The position numbers were made by a program, and so were the translations under genes. A stretch of 64,000 nt of DNA from assembly GCA_002331145.1 (NCBI GenBank), contig DCYT01000001.1:287697-351696 (forward strand), written 5' to 3'. Source of the DNA: Candidatus Minusculum obligatum. GTDB taxonomy: Bacteria > Patescibacteriota > Minisyncoccia > Phycocordibacterales > Phycocordibacteraceae. Shown here in pieces: positions 46,456 through 56,256 of the stretch (its first letter is position 1; the number at the start of each line of letters is the position of its first letter). Under the pieces are notes generated by a model. That model ran no database searches. It worked only from the letters and a program-made list of their open reading frames with translations, and had not been told where the DNA came from.

Positions 46456-48150
46456 TTATGTCAATATACTCCCTATCCTAAGCCGTGGTGCATGCTTCCA
46501 CGCATCCTTCTCAACAGAACCAAGAAAAGAAATTTTCTCTCCTGCTTTTAGTTTCTTTGCGTCCTTCCCAAGATCCCTTTTTGCAAAGAATGCGATCGCT
46601 TCTAAAGTTCCAAACCCTGTCTGAAAAACAGCTTTTACATGATCTTTCCCCTTTCCAAACCACACGACATCTTGCGGAACGACATCTTTGAAGAGAAATT
46701 GTGGCTTTTCGTTATCCATACCAAATGGAGCAAGCTTTGAAAGTCTTGCAAGAAGACCTTTATCTACTGCATCAAGCTGTAATTCAAGATCTGCATCAAT
46801 ATTTTTTTCTACCTTCTCAGATGGGAGCTTTAAGAATGCATCTGAGAGCTTTTCTTCAATAGTATAGATGGCTTCCTCATGTACTGAGAAACCTCCAGCT
46901 GCTGAGTGTCCTCCAAATCCTGCAAATACATCTGTTGAATGCGTCATAAGCTCAACGAGGTTTACATCAGCTCCTGTCCTACACGATCCTTTTATTAAAT
47001 TGTTTCCTTCTCTTCCCCAAAGAAACACTGGGCGCTCATATTCTTCTGCAACAGAGTTTGCAACAAGACCTAGAAGTGATGGTCGCCAATTTGGATTTCC
47101 CATAACAATAACTGGAGACTCCACTCCGCGAACACTTATCTTTTTCTTTATCTCTTTTGTAATAGTGGCAACTGCAGTCTTTCTCGTTGCGTTAATGCGC
47201 TCAAGATCAGCTGCATGCTGTGCGCCAAGAGCCACATCTTTTGTTGTGAGCATTTCAAATGCCTGCATAGGCTCCCCCATGCGTGAGGCTGCATTGATTC
47301 GAGGCCCAATCATAAATCCAATATCGTCTTCAACAATATTCCTCTGGTCTACTCGAATCTTTTTAAGGAGCTGTTGTAGTCCTGGTCGTGGAGAGCGACG
47401 AAGTACAACAAGACCAAAGTATGCAAGCGCTCTATTCTCTCCTGTAAGGGACACCATATCTGAGACCGTGGCGATACCAACCATATCAAGCAGCCACTTC
47501 TCCCAACCTTTTGGAATATCAAAATCTCCTTTAGCTAAAATTCCTTGCGCCAACTTAAATGCAACACCACAGCCACACAAATCTTTAAATGGATACGTCT
47601 GCCCTTCTAGTTTTGGATTCAAAATAGTAATTGCAGGAGGCAATTCTTCCTGTGGAAGGTGATGATCGGTAACAATAACTTCAAGACCTAATTCATTTGC
47701 CCTCTTTACCTGCTCTACATCGGTAATTCCAGAGTCTACGGTAATCAAAAGTTTCGCCCCTCCTTCTGCAAGCTTCTCAATTCCAGGAATATTAAGTCCG
47801 TACCCCTCATTGTGCCGATGCGGAATGTAATTTTCAAAATTTGCACCTATCTTTTGGAATAAATCATGCATCAGCACTCCTCCTGGAATACCATCGGTGT
47901 CATAGTCACTCCATACAACAATCTTTTCACCCTCTTTTATTGCCTTCAATATCCTGTCTACCGCAACATCCATCCCTGCCATAAGGAATGGGTCGTGCAG
48001 ATCACGCTCATAGTCTGGCTCAAGAAAGACTTTTGCCTCTTCTGCAGTTTTTATACCCCTGTGATAGAGAAGGTGGGCTATAAAGTCGTCATATTCTTCC
48101 AATTCTTTTCGTATTTCTTTCGGAACAGGATCTTTCAGAGAGATTTTCAT
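46456..48150 (-). CDS. recJ: ssDNA exonuclease RecJ
   Basis: DYDTDG, TDHH, PRINAASR and GGHSAAGG motifs. Confidence 0.96.
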   Translation of the reverse strand: MKISLKDPVPKEIRKELEEYDDFIAHLLYHRGIKTAEEAKVFLEPDYERDLHDPFLMAGMDVAVDRILKAIKEGEKIVVWSDYDTDGIPGGVLMHDLFQKIGANFENYIPHRHNEGYGLNIPGIEKLAEGGAKLLITVDSGITDVEQVKRANELGLEVIVTDHHLPQEELPPAITILNPKLEGQTYPFKDLCGCGVAFKLAQGILAKGDFDIPKGWEKWLLDMVGIATVSDMVSLTGENRALAYFGLVVLRRSPRPGLQQLLKKIRVDQRNIVEDDIGFMIGPRINAASRMGEPMQAFEMLTTKDVALGAQHAADLERINATRKTAVATITKEIKKKISVRGVESPVIVMGNPNWRPSLLGLVANSVAEEYERPVFLWGREGNNLIKGSCRTGADVNLVELMTHSTDVFAGFGGHSAAGGFSVHEEAIYTIEEKLSDAFLKLPSEKVEKNIDADLELQLDAVDKGLLARLSKLAPFGMDNEKPQFLFKDVVPQDVVWFGKGKDHVKAVFQTGFGTLEAIAFFAKRDLGKDAKKLKAGEKISFLGSVEKDAWKHAPRLRIGSILT

Positions 48151-48180
48151 GTGAAGAGATTTTAGCATATAGTGTTCTAT

Positions 48181-48597
48181 ATGACTGAAGAGACTATTTT
48201 CGATAAAATTCTTAGAGGAGAGATTCCCGCACACAAAGTATATGAGGATGAGCACACCTTTGCCTTCTTGGACATTGCCCCAATTAACAAAGGGCATACA
48301 TTAGTTATCCCAAAAAACTCAACTCGAAACATTCTTACAGCAGATGAAGAGACATTTGCTCACGTAATGGAAACTGTTCGAACTCTTTCACCAAAAATCA
48401 AAGAGGCTGTTGGTGCAGACGGTATTACTATCGGAATAAACAACGAAGCAGCAGGCGGACAAGAGGTTTTCTACCTACACGCACACATCATTCCTCGCTT
48501 TGAAAACGATGGGCGCAAGCATTGGGGTGGTGAAAGCTATAAAGACGGAGAGGCTGAAGCAACTTTGGAAAAAATTGTAAACCAATTGAAAAACTAG
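48181..48597 (+). CDS. HIT-family nucleotide hydrolase
   Basis: FLDIAP, GHTLVIPK and LHAHIIPR motifs. Confidence 0.92.
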   Translation: MTEETIFDKILRGEIPAHKVYEDEHTFAFLDIAPINKGHTLVIPKNSTRNILTADEETFAHVMETVRTLSPKIKEAVGADGITIGINNEAAGGQEVFYLHAHIIPRFENDGRKHWGGESYKDGEAEATLEKIVNQLKN

Positions 48598-48624
48598 TAC
48601 TCTCTAAGCAGAAAGGGGGAGAAA

Positions 48625-48828
48625 ATGGAACAGCCACTAATAAGGAGGCAGCGATTGATCGGACTATGGACGTCTTATCATACAGTTATACGCAAGCTTC
48701 CAACAAATTGTGAGCACTGTGATCAAGAAATACTCTTTGGTGAGTATAAGCGAGAAGTTTGGATTGACTCTCATCCGAGATTTGGTGACTTCTTCGTCAT
48801 TCGCCGATACCACCTTCATTGTTCTTAA
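48625..48828 (+). CDS. Small zinc-finger-like orphan protein
   Basis: CEHC...HLHC; AAGGGGGAG SD; hairpin after the stop. Confidence 0.65.
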   Translation: MEQPLIRRQRLIGLWTSYHTVIRKLPTNCEHCDQEILFGEYKREVWIDSHPRFGDFFVIRRYHLHCS

Positions 48829-48853
48829 AACAACCTGCACCTGCAGGTTGTTT

Positions 48854-49969
48854 TTACAAAGCCTCAAGACCAGGAAGTGTCCCGTGTGTTAGAAACTCAA
48901 GCATTGCTCCTCCTCCAGTAGAGATAAAGGAGAATTCATGCTCTAGATCGAGTGACTCTATTGAGGCTACCGTATCTCCTCCTCCAATAATGGCGTGCGT
49001 GCGAGCATCTGCAATGATCTGCGCAAGCGCATGCGTTCCTTCTTTATATCCATTTTCATAATACCCAAGCGGCCCATTCCAAAGCACGGTCTTTGCTTCA
49101 TCTATATATCCCTTAAGGACTTCAACAGTTGCAGGTCCTGCATCCAAAATCATATCCTCCTCTTCTACTTCATTTGGAAGACGAAGTCCTCCTCCTTTTG
49201 TTGAAGAAACAACAGCATCAACTGGACCAATGATTCGCGCGTCCTTTGCGAGCTTATCGAGTGATCCTGTAACTCCCGAAGTAACAGATCGTCCAATTGG
49301 GTACCCGCGAGCCTGTAAAAGATCATTTCCGAGTGCCCCTCCAATAAAGATCCGGTCATATGTATGTAAAAGTTTTTCAATAAGAGGTTCCTTTGTTGCA
49401 AACTTAGCACCTCCAATAATTGCAATTGATGGCCGCTTTGGCGAAAGGGCTTGCTTTAGCTCATCTACCTCCCCGCAAACCACACGCCCTGCATATGATG
49501 GAAGAAATTCTGGGATACCAACAATAGATGCGTGGTTTCTGTGGCACGTATCAAATGCATCTTGCACAAAAATATCAGCAAGTGATGCGAGCTCCTTTGC
49601 AAAATCTCTATCATTTTCTACTTCCCCTTTATTTCGTCGTAAATTCTCAAGAATCAAAACCTCTCCCGGCATAAGCATCGACACACGATCACGAACCTGT
49701 GGTCCTGTTACGTGCTCTGAGAAAGAAACCTTGGGAATTTGTGTTCGAATAAATTCATAGACAGGCTTTAGTGTTGCAAATGGATCTCGCCCAATATGAC
49801 TTATTACAATTACGCGCGCACCCTTCTCTTGAAGGTACGTGACTGTCTCAAGAGCTCTACGTAACCTAAATGTACTCGATGGCTTCCCATCTACAAGGGG
49901 AATATTGAGTCCCAAACGAACAAGTACAGGAACATTATCTAAAATTTGTATGTCTTCTAGTCGCTTCAT
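48854..49969 (-). CDS. pgk: Phosphoglycerate kinase
   Basis: SHIGR, LENLR, IIGGAK, WNGPLG and STGGGA motifs. Confidence 0.95.
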   Translation of the reverse strand: MKRLEDIQILDNVPVLVRLGLNIPLVDGKPSSTFRLRRALETVTYLQEKGARVIVISHIGRDPFATLKPVYEFIRTQIPKVSFSEHVTGPQVRDRVSMLMPGEVLILENLRRNKGEVENDRDFAKELASLADIFVQDAFDTCHRNHASIVGIPEFLPSYAGRVVCGEVDELKQALSPKRPSIAIIGGAKFATKEPLIEKLLHTYDRIFIGGALGNDLLQARGYPIGRSVTSGVTGSLDKLAKDARIIGPVDAVVSSTKGGGLRLPNEVEEEDMILDAGPATVEVLKGYIDEAKTVLWNGPLGYYENGYKEGTHALAQIIADARTHAIIGGGDTVASIESLDLEHEFSFISTGGGAMLEFLTHGTLPGLEAL

Positions 49970-50700
49970 GCATCCATTGCTTCCACAAGTGCTTTTAATG
50001 TTTCTTTTGAAGAGCTCGCACGCCCTGGAAGGAAGCCATCAAGCCCTGGCACCATAAGACTTTTTACATTTTCTGCATTTACTGACCCTCCATAAAGAAT
50101 TTTTACCGCTTTCATTACTTTCTCTGTAAAATTCTCTCGCAATACTTTCTTTATGAAGAGCACTGTCTCTTCTAAATCATCAGTTGAGATAGCTTCATTA
50201 CTTCCTTTCCCTATTGCCCAGATAGGCTCATAGGCAATAACAATATTTTTAAAGTCTGCTTCTTTAATTCCTTTGAGCGCAGACACTATTTGCTCCGTAA
50301 TAAATGAGAGGTAGGTTGCATGAGCATCTCGACTCTCCTCTCCTACACACAAAACAACTTTTAGTTTTGCAGAGAGTGCCTGACAGACTTTTGTGGCGAC
50401 AATGCTATTTGTCTCCCCATCTGCCCTTCGCTCTGAGTGCCCGACAATTACGTGACTTGCACCACTATTTGAAATAACATCAGCTGATACTTCTCCTGTG
50501 TGTGCTCCTCCCTCAAAAATAGAGAGATCTTGTGCAGCTAAAGCAACTCCTGCCTTCTTTGCTGCAACATATCCAAGGTGCACAAAGGATGGAGCGAGGA
50601 TTATTTTGTGTTTTGTAGTAAGTTTCCCTGCCGCCTTTACAACCGCTTCTGCATCATCTTTATTACTAAGATAGCTTTTGAAATTTCCAACGATAATCAT
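49966..50700 (-). CDS. tpiA: Triosephosphate isomerase
   Basis: GHSERR, AYEPIWAIG and LYGGSV motifs. Confidence 0.95.
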   Translation of the reverse strand: MIIVGNFKSYLSNKDDAEAVVKAAGKLTTKHKIILAPSFVHLGYVAAKKAGVALAAQDLSIFEGGAHTGEVSADVISNSGASHVIVGHSERRADGETNSIVATKVCQALSAKLKVVLCVGEESRDAHATYLSFITEQIVSALKGIKEADFKNIVIAYEPIWAIGKGSNEAISTDDLEETVLFIKKVLRENFTEKVMKAVKILYGGSVNAENVKSLMVPGLDGFLPGRASSSKETLKALVEAMDA

Positions 50701-50718
50701 TGCCTTTATCCTAGCACG

Positions 50719-52152
50719 CTAGTCTTCGCGCCATTCAACAAATTGATAGTCTGGTGAACTTACCGGTGTAAAAGGAGGTGGATCAGTTGCAAGGTTTCTA
50801 TCATAGCTATTTACGCGATTCTCATACCCTGAAGTCTGGTTAAAGCACCACGGCCAGTATGTATACCCCCACTTCGTTCCTACTCGAGTATTTGAAACAA
50901 TTGATCCTCGTACCGTAAGAGTGTCTTGGTGTGAGTTTGGATAAAAACAAGGGTAGAGATTTCGTCCAAAGTACCCTTCTTGTGCAATAAGGATGGCATT
51001 GATATCCAAATCTTCTGGAGATTCTGGAGAAATGTGAATATCTCCCTCTGCAAGAATAGTAAGGCCATCTGCACCACTTGTTGTTGTGTATTCAAGGTCA
51101 TCTTCGATGATTACCTTTGGCTCATACCCTGCATATGTAGTATCTGCAGCAACAAGTGTAACTTTTCCTGAGATGGTTCCTTCAACCCACACTCTGTCTT
51201 CTATATAAATGAGTCCGCAATCAGATGGAATGCTGTAGTTTCCCAAATATCGAACTCTTCGAGGTACATAATAGTCATTTTCATATACTCCTGAATCAAT
51301 ATGTGCCCCAACATATATATTTGACCGTCGCACCTGATAGACATCTACTGTTCTATTGTTTTGAAAGACTAGACGATACCCCCTCCCCTCAGAAGTATGC
51401 CCTCCATATCCTGAATAAAAGATTCCATCACTTTGTGCAAGCGTACGAAGCGCATTAAAATCTTGCGCTATCCCTGCAAAATCAAACTGTGGAGATGGAT
51501 ACTCCCACAATTCTTGATCACCTCCATCCCCAAACACTCCAGGGGTAGTAGATGCAGGAGAGCAACCAAAGCTACTAGTACATGTCCATGTGCCTACTGC
51601 ACTTGAAACTTCAGAATTGCTCGTACCATCAAAACGAATTCCTCCATTTGCATGGTAGCGACCTGAGATTTGTCGATCTGACCCAACCCACACATTGTCA
51701 TCCACAATATAGGCATACTCTGCAACAGATGGCTGCGCATACCTTCCTGTAATAGTTGCTCTAACTGTCGGATCATCTGCAGACCACCCTGTTGAATCAA
51801 TATCTATCGAGGTAATAGCTCCACACTGCTCATTCCCTGTAATATCCAGAGAAAACGTCCCCACGACATCACTCTCAGGATCTTCGTATGCAATATTGTA
51901 TGGGCCTGCACCACCTGTACCGTGCTGCGTATCATCTGGATTATGTGCCAGAAACCACTTGTAGTACTCAAGCCCAGCCTCCGCAATAGCACGGGCCTGT
52001 GCCTTATACATTCGTGCTCGCTCAGCGTCTTGCTCTACCAAAACTCTTCCAGAGAGAGCTGCCACAGAAAAAACAAAGAGGCTTCCAAATACAATTACGA
52101 GAAGTGTGGTGTATCCGCCCTGTCTTTTTTTATAAAACATATTATTCGACAC
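50719..52152 (-). CDS. PilX-like minor pilin / pilus tip protein
   Basis: QGGYTTLLVIV prepilin-like N-terminus and AEAGLE motif. Confidence 0.75.
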   Translation of the reverse strand: MSNNMFYKKRQGGYTTLLVIVFGSLFVFSVAALSGRVLVEQDAERARMYKAQARAIAEAGLEYYKWFLAHNPDDTQHGTGGAGPYNIAYEDPESDVVGTFSLDITGNEQCGAITSIDIDSTGWSADDPTVRATITGRYAQPSVAEYAYIVDDNVWVGSDRQISGRYHANGGIRFDGTSNSEVSSAVGTWTCTSSFGCSPASTTPGVFGDGGDQELWEYPSPQFDFAGIAQDFNALRTLAQSDGIFYSGYGGHTSEGRGYRLVFQNNRTVDVYQVRRSNIYVGAHIDSGVYENDYYVPRRVRYLGNYSIPSDCGLIYIEDRVWVEGTISGKVTLVAADTTYAGYEPKVIIEDDLEYTTTSGADGLTILAEGDIHISPESPEDLDINAILIAQEGYFGRNLYPCFYPNSHQDTLTVRGSIVSNTRVGTKWGYTYWPWCFNQTSGYENRVNSYDRNLATDPPPFTPVSSPDYQFVEWRED

Positions 52153-52726
52153 GAAGATTTCGAAGCGTAGCGCTTGAGGTAAGTGTAAACTCTTCCGGCG
52201 CTCGATCTGGATTTATATTCACGGTTATCGTTCCAGTAATAAATTTAATATCAAGCGGTGAGGGCGATGAAGAAAGTTCCATCCCATTTACATCAAAGTA
52301 AGAAAATACATCTGTTGCAAAAACAGCATTACGTACATTTTCAGAAATTATCTCTACCGTTTCTTGTCCTGTGTACGCCGGAGGAGTTCCTGTTGCCTGA
52401 AGGGTGTATCGAGAGAGTACTTCGTTTGCAAGATCGTACCTGATTCGCTCTACCGAATCATCTTGATCAACATCAGCGTAGAAGGTAATTGAATTTGGTC
52501 CAGCTGAAACAATTGGAAACGATCCATCCTCTGCAATCGTTGCTTCCCGCAAATCTTTCATCGCCTTTTCAATTCCACGACGCGCACTTGTTATCGCACC
52601 TGACTGCTCAAGCACACTTGCATTTGTCCTGTAAAAGAAAACAATTGCCGAACTAATCGCCAAAAGCACAATGCTCATAAGCGTAATAGTTACTATGGTC
52701 TCCATAAGAGTAAAACCTCGCTGCAT
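52142..52726 (-). CDS. Type IV prepilin (PilW/GspJ-like)
   Basis: RGFTLMETIV class III signal. Confidence 0.85.
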   Translation of the reverse strand: MQRGFTLMETIVTITLMSIVLLAISSAIVFFYRTNASVLEQSGAITSARRGIEKAMKDLREATIAEDGSFPIVSAGPNSITFYADVDQDDSVERIRYDLANEVLSRYTLQATGTPPAYTGQETVEIISENVRNAVFATDVFSYFDVNGMELSSSPSPLDIKFITGTITVNINPDRAPEEFTLTSSATLRNLRVE

Positions 52727-52745
52727 GCCCTAACTTTAGCATGTG

Positions 52746-54482
52746 CTAACTCGTTGTAAGTATCACCGTAAGCTCTGTATCTCCTGAAACTACGTTGTCT
52801 TCTAGTATCTCTGTTATAAATCCACTCTTACTTACCGATACGTCATAGTCATTGAAGTTTCCAAGACCTCCAAAGTACGTCTGTCCGCACGCACTTGTTG
52901 TTTTATCTCCCAAATATCCAGTACGAGTAAGTGAAACATCAGCATCTTCTACAAATCCTTGAAGCTCATCTCGTACAGTAACCCGAAGAGAGTGAGTGCT
53001 GTCACTCTCAAGATATGCATTTATAGTGTTTGTTGTATTTGGATTAATTGCGAGGTCATCCGGACTACAAAGCTCTGCGATATCGTAGCCTGTTGTTGCA
53101 AGAGTGTACCCATCCCATTCAATATTTAAAATCTCATTCCACCCAGCAGGCCCTGTTGCTGCATTGATGGTGTGCTTTTTAATTTCTCCACCACTTGAAT
53201 TTTCTCCAATAGATTTTGACCCTTCAAGGGTAAATGAAACATTTGGAATTGGCACAGGCCCACTATCATAGGCAAGTCGCCACTCACCAATCTCTGGCGT
53301 AACAGCAGTATCATTTGTCTGCATGTTCGCTCGAATATAGAGCGTATCGTATGTACTTGTCGCAATACCTGAGAGATCAATTGTTGAGGCAGTAAACCCT
53401 GCCTCATTTCCAGAAAGGACTGCATCCGGAAGCACTGTTGGAGTTCCTACATTGTCGTAGAGAATCTGATACGTAATTGTAGTCCCTGCAGGCTTTGTGC
53501 TCGTTGCCTGAAACAGACTCCAAGCACTTAAGTATGTTGGGGAAGTAGACGTACTTTGCGCTAGTCCGTCAGTATCGTAAACGCCAAGAGTATTTGTTAG
53601 GACAAGATCTCCTCCTGTAACCTCAGTACTACTTGCAACTGCAATATTACTTGAGCTAAAGAAAACATCCTCAACAAATACTGAAGCTATTTGCTCCCAC
53701 GTTTGCACGCGGAGCGTTGAGAGAATATCTACAGGGAACGTGCTTGCAGTTGTTGCGGCCTCAACAACAGTTAGGTGACCTGGATTTGGACTTACATTAA
53801 CTGCATCTTGATCATATGTTTGTGCGCTCGAGTATCCGCTTTTACTTACCGTTATACGATACCCAGTTGAAGTTGCAGCTCCGGGCAAAAATACATACCC
53901 ACCACTTCCAGTAAATGTTGTCACATCTACTGTCGGTACAGTATCTGGATTTTGTATCCGAACTTGAGCTGAAGATACAGAGGCACCGAGTGCATCAATT
54001 ACATTGATGCGAAGATTCCCCCCTCCCTCTGATGTTTCAATTCCTTTTGGTGTTCTGTTAGAAACTAGAGAAACACTCTTTTGCGTTCCATTTAAATCAT
54101 ACGTAACATCTACTTTTATTTTTTTGTAGTCGGTAATAATTCCTGTCACGTCCGCACCATCTAGTCCGTCAGCCGGATCATCAATGTACTGCACGAAGGT
54201 TCGTGTCGTATATTCTTTCCCATTAAGTATTGTTGTAAATTCTGGATCAATTAATCCAGCAGGAATTCCTCCAACTGTCCCGGTGTTTGCATAGGTAATA
54301 GAACGAACATATTCCATCTGCTCTGTTGCAAGAGAAGTTGCACCAGAGCGAGCCTTTGCAGCTGCTGTTAGTGCAATAGACGCACGAAACATTCCAAAGA
54401 GTGCCATGAAGATAATAAGAAGAAGCGCAATACCAACTATCACGTCAACGAGTGAGAGACCTCTGGTATAGAGTTTCTTCAT
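52746..54482 (-). CDS. Large prepilin-like protein with beta-sandwich domains
   Basis: RGLSLVDVIV class III-like signal; two VSKSG(Y/F) modules. Confidence 0.75.
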   Translation of the reverse strand: MKKLYTRGLSLVDVIVGIALLLIIFMALFGMFRASIALTAAAKARSGATSLATEQMEYVRSITYANTGTVGGIPAGLIDPEFTTILNGKEYTTRTFVQYIDDPADGLDGADVTGIITDYKKIKVDVTYDLNGTQKSVSLVSNRTPKGIETSEGGGNLRINVIDALGASVSSAQVRIQNPDTVPTVDVTTFTGSGGYVFLPGAATSTGYRITVSKSGYSSAQTYDQDAVNVSPNPGHLTVVEAATTASTFPVDILSTLRVQTWEQIASVFVEDVFFSSSNIAVASSTEVTGGDLVLTNTLGVYDTDGLAQSTSTSPTYLSAWSLFQATSTKPAGTTITYQILYDNVGTPTVLPDAVLSGNEAGFTASTIDLSGIATSTYDTLYIRANMQTNDTAVTPEIGEWRLAYDSGPVPIPNVSFTLEGSKSIGENSSGGEIKKHTINAATGPAGWNEILNIEWDGYTLATTGYDIAELCSPDDLAINPNTTNTINAYLESDSTHSLRVTVRDELQGFVEDADVSLTRTGYLGDKTTSACGQTYFGGLGNFNDYDVSVSKSGFITEILEDNVVSGDTELTVILTTS

Positions 54483-54483
54483 A

Positions 54484-55692
54484 TTAAATACTTTCAGTAA
54501 TTGAATAGATAGGCGCGATCATGGCAAGCGCAAACACTCCCACAACTCCTGCAATCAAAATCATCAAAAGCGGCTCAACAATTGTTGAGAGATCTTTTGT
54601 CTTCTGCTCAACTTCCTTTTCATAAAATTCTGCCACCTCAAGAAGCATGTCTGATACTGCTCCGGTCTCCTCTCCAACTGCAATCATGTCTCCCATAAGA
54701 ACAGGATAGAGTTCTGTATGATCTACAAAACTTTTTGAGAGTGTTTCTCCCTTCTTTACATACTCATGTGATTCTTTAAATACTTTTTTGTAGCTTGGAT
54801 GCCCAATAACTTCTTCTGAAATCTCAAGTGCATGAAGCATATCTACCCCTGAGCTTAGAAGTGAAGCAAGTGTCCTGGCAGTCCGAGCTGTGTATGTTTC
54901 TTTTACAATAGGCGCAACAACTGGAAGTCTTAGGGTGATAGCTCCAAATATCTTTGACCCTCTTTCTGTCCGTACTGCATAGGTAAGAGCTCCGAAGAAA
55001 AGCACAAAGAGAGCAACAACAAGCAAGAAATTATTCTCAAGGAAAGCACTCGATGAAACAATTGCCTGTGTTGCAGCTGGGAGCTCTACCCCGAGCTCTT
55101 CGAAGGTACTTGTTAGAGTTGGCACCACAAACAAAAGCATCAGCACGGTGATGATTCCAATTGCAAGCAAAATAATTGAAGGATAAATCATTGCACTCTT
55201 TACTTTCTTCACGAGCGTGTGTGATCGCTCCATCTGCTTTCCAATCACAAGAAGAGATTCATGTAGCGTTCCACTTTCTTCTCCTGCCTTTACCATTGAG
55301 ATAAAAAGTTTTGAGAAAATTTTTGGATGCTTTGCCATCGACTCGTAGAGAGAGAGTCCTTTTGAAACATCTGTTCCAATTTTTGCAACAACTTCTTTCA
55401 GAAGTGGATTCTTGCTCTGTCGCTCAAGCACAGAAAGCGCTCTTGAAACTGAAAGTCCAGCCTTGAGCATCGCTGCAAGTGTTTTTGTAAAGACAATTTT
55501 CTCCTCAACCTTTACCGCACCAAGGAAACTACGTAGTTTATTTAAAAATCCTCCGCCTGTTACTTTTATAGAAACAACTGTTCCACCTTCTGCTCCCACA
55601 TGCGCATACACATCAGCTTTACTCTCTCCTTCAAGAGTTCCTGTATATTCTTTTCCATCTGATTTTTGCGCTTTGTACGTAAATTTTTTCAC
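54484..55692 (-). CDS. pilC: Type IV pilus platform protein PilC/GspF
   Basis: AGEESGTL, SAMIYP, VGEETG and IVEP motifs. Confidence 0.93.
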   Translation of the reverse strand: MKKFTYKAQKSDGKEYTGTLEGESKADVYAHVGAEGGTVVSIKVTGGGFLNKLRSFLGAVKVEEKIVFTKTLAAMLKAGLSVSRALSVLERQSKNPLLKEVVAKIGTDVSKGLSLYESMAKHPKIFSKLFISMVKAGEESGTLHESLLVIGKQMERSHTLVKKVKSAMIYPSIILLAIGIITVLMLLFVVPTLTSTFEELGVELPAATQAIVSSSAFLENNFLLVVALFVLFFGALTYAVRTERGSKIFGAITLRLPVVAPIVKETYTARTARTLASLLSSGVDMLHALEISEEVIGHPSYKKVFKESHEYVKKGETLSKSFVDHTELYPVLMGDMIAVGEETGAVSDMLLEVAEFYEKEVEQKTKDLSTIVEPLLMILIAGVVGVFALAMIAPIYSITESI

Positions 55693-55757
55693 CCCTTAAA
55701 TGTAGCACGCAAACAAAAGACCCTGATACGATTTCACGTACCAGGGCCACTAACCTA

Positions 55758-56201
55758 CTAGTCTAAGCTCCCTTCTTCAAGCAAGGAGCTTGAAGAATAA
55801 AAGAGCAAAAATCCGAGCGCAAGCATAATGAATGCAAGCCACTCACTGCCGACGGGCAGTCCAAAAGACTGCGTCATGTCTGAAAAACCAATATACGTAA
55901 GAGGCCCTTCAAACGGCATGGGGTAGAGAGCCCCAACAACCTCAAAGGCAGCAAGTATCGCAATCACAGCCCCCATCCACTTCGCGACAAAGAAGACGAG
56001 TGCCGAAACCACAATACGAGAAAAACCAAAACGCAGTGCGATAATTCCTGCGACAAACGCCAAAACAACTATTGCGACATTGACAGGACCCGGCATAATG
56101 ACCGAATCAAAATCCCCTTCTAGCACAGACCATACTTGATGCATGAAAAGTGCAATGAGAGAAAAACCAAGAACCACTGCCACTAAGCGAAAATACGCCA
56201 T
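55758..56201 (-). CDS. Four-TM orphan inserted between pilB and pilC
   Basis: TTGACG upstream, GGAGG SD; hairpin downstream. Confidence 0.65.
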   Translation of the reverse strand: MAYFRLVAVVLGFSLIALFMHQVWSVLEGDFDSVIMPGPVNVAIVVLAFVAGIIALRFGFSRIVVSALVFFVAKWMGAVIAILAAFEVVGALYPMPFEGPLTYIGFSDMTQSFGLPVGSEWLAFIMLALGFLLFYSSSSLLEEGSLD

Positions 56202-56256
56202 TTCAAATCCTCCGATTTCCTACCGACAAGATGCTCTTTTTATATAGAAACGTCAA

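Noticed and set aside
46868-47662. Long antisense ORFs (e.g. 264 aa opposite recJ, and many opposite ribosomal genes)
   Set aside because: Shadow ORFs of well-supported genes, with no initiation signals or recognisable motifs.
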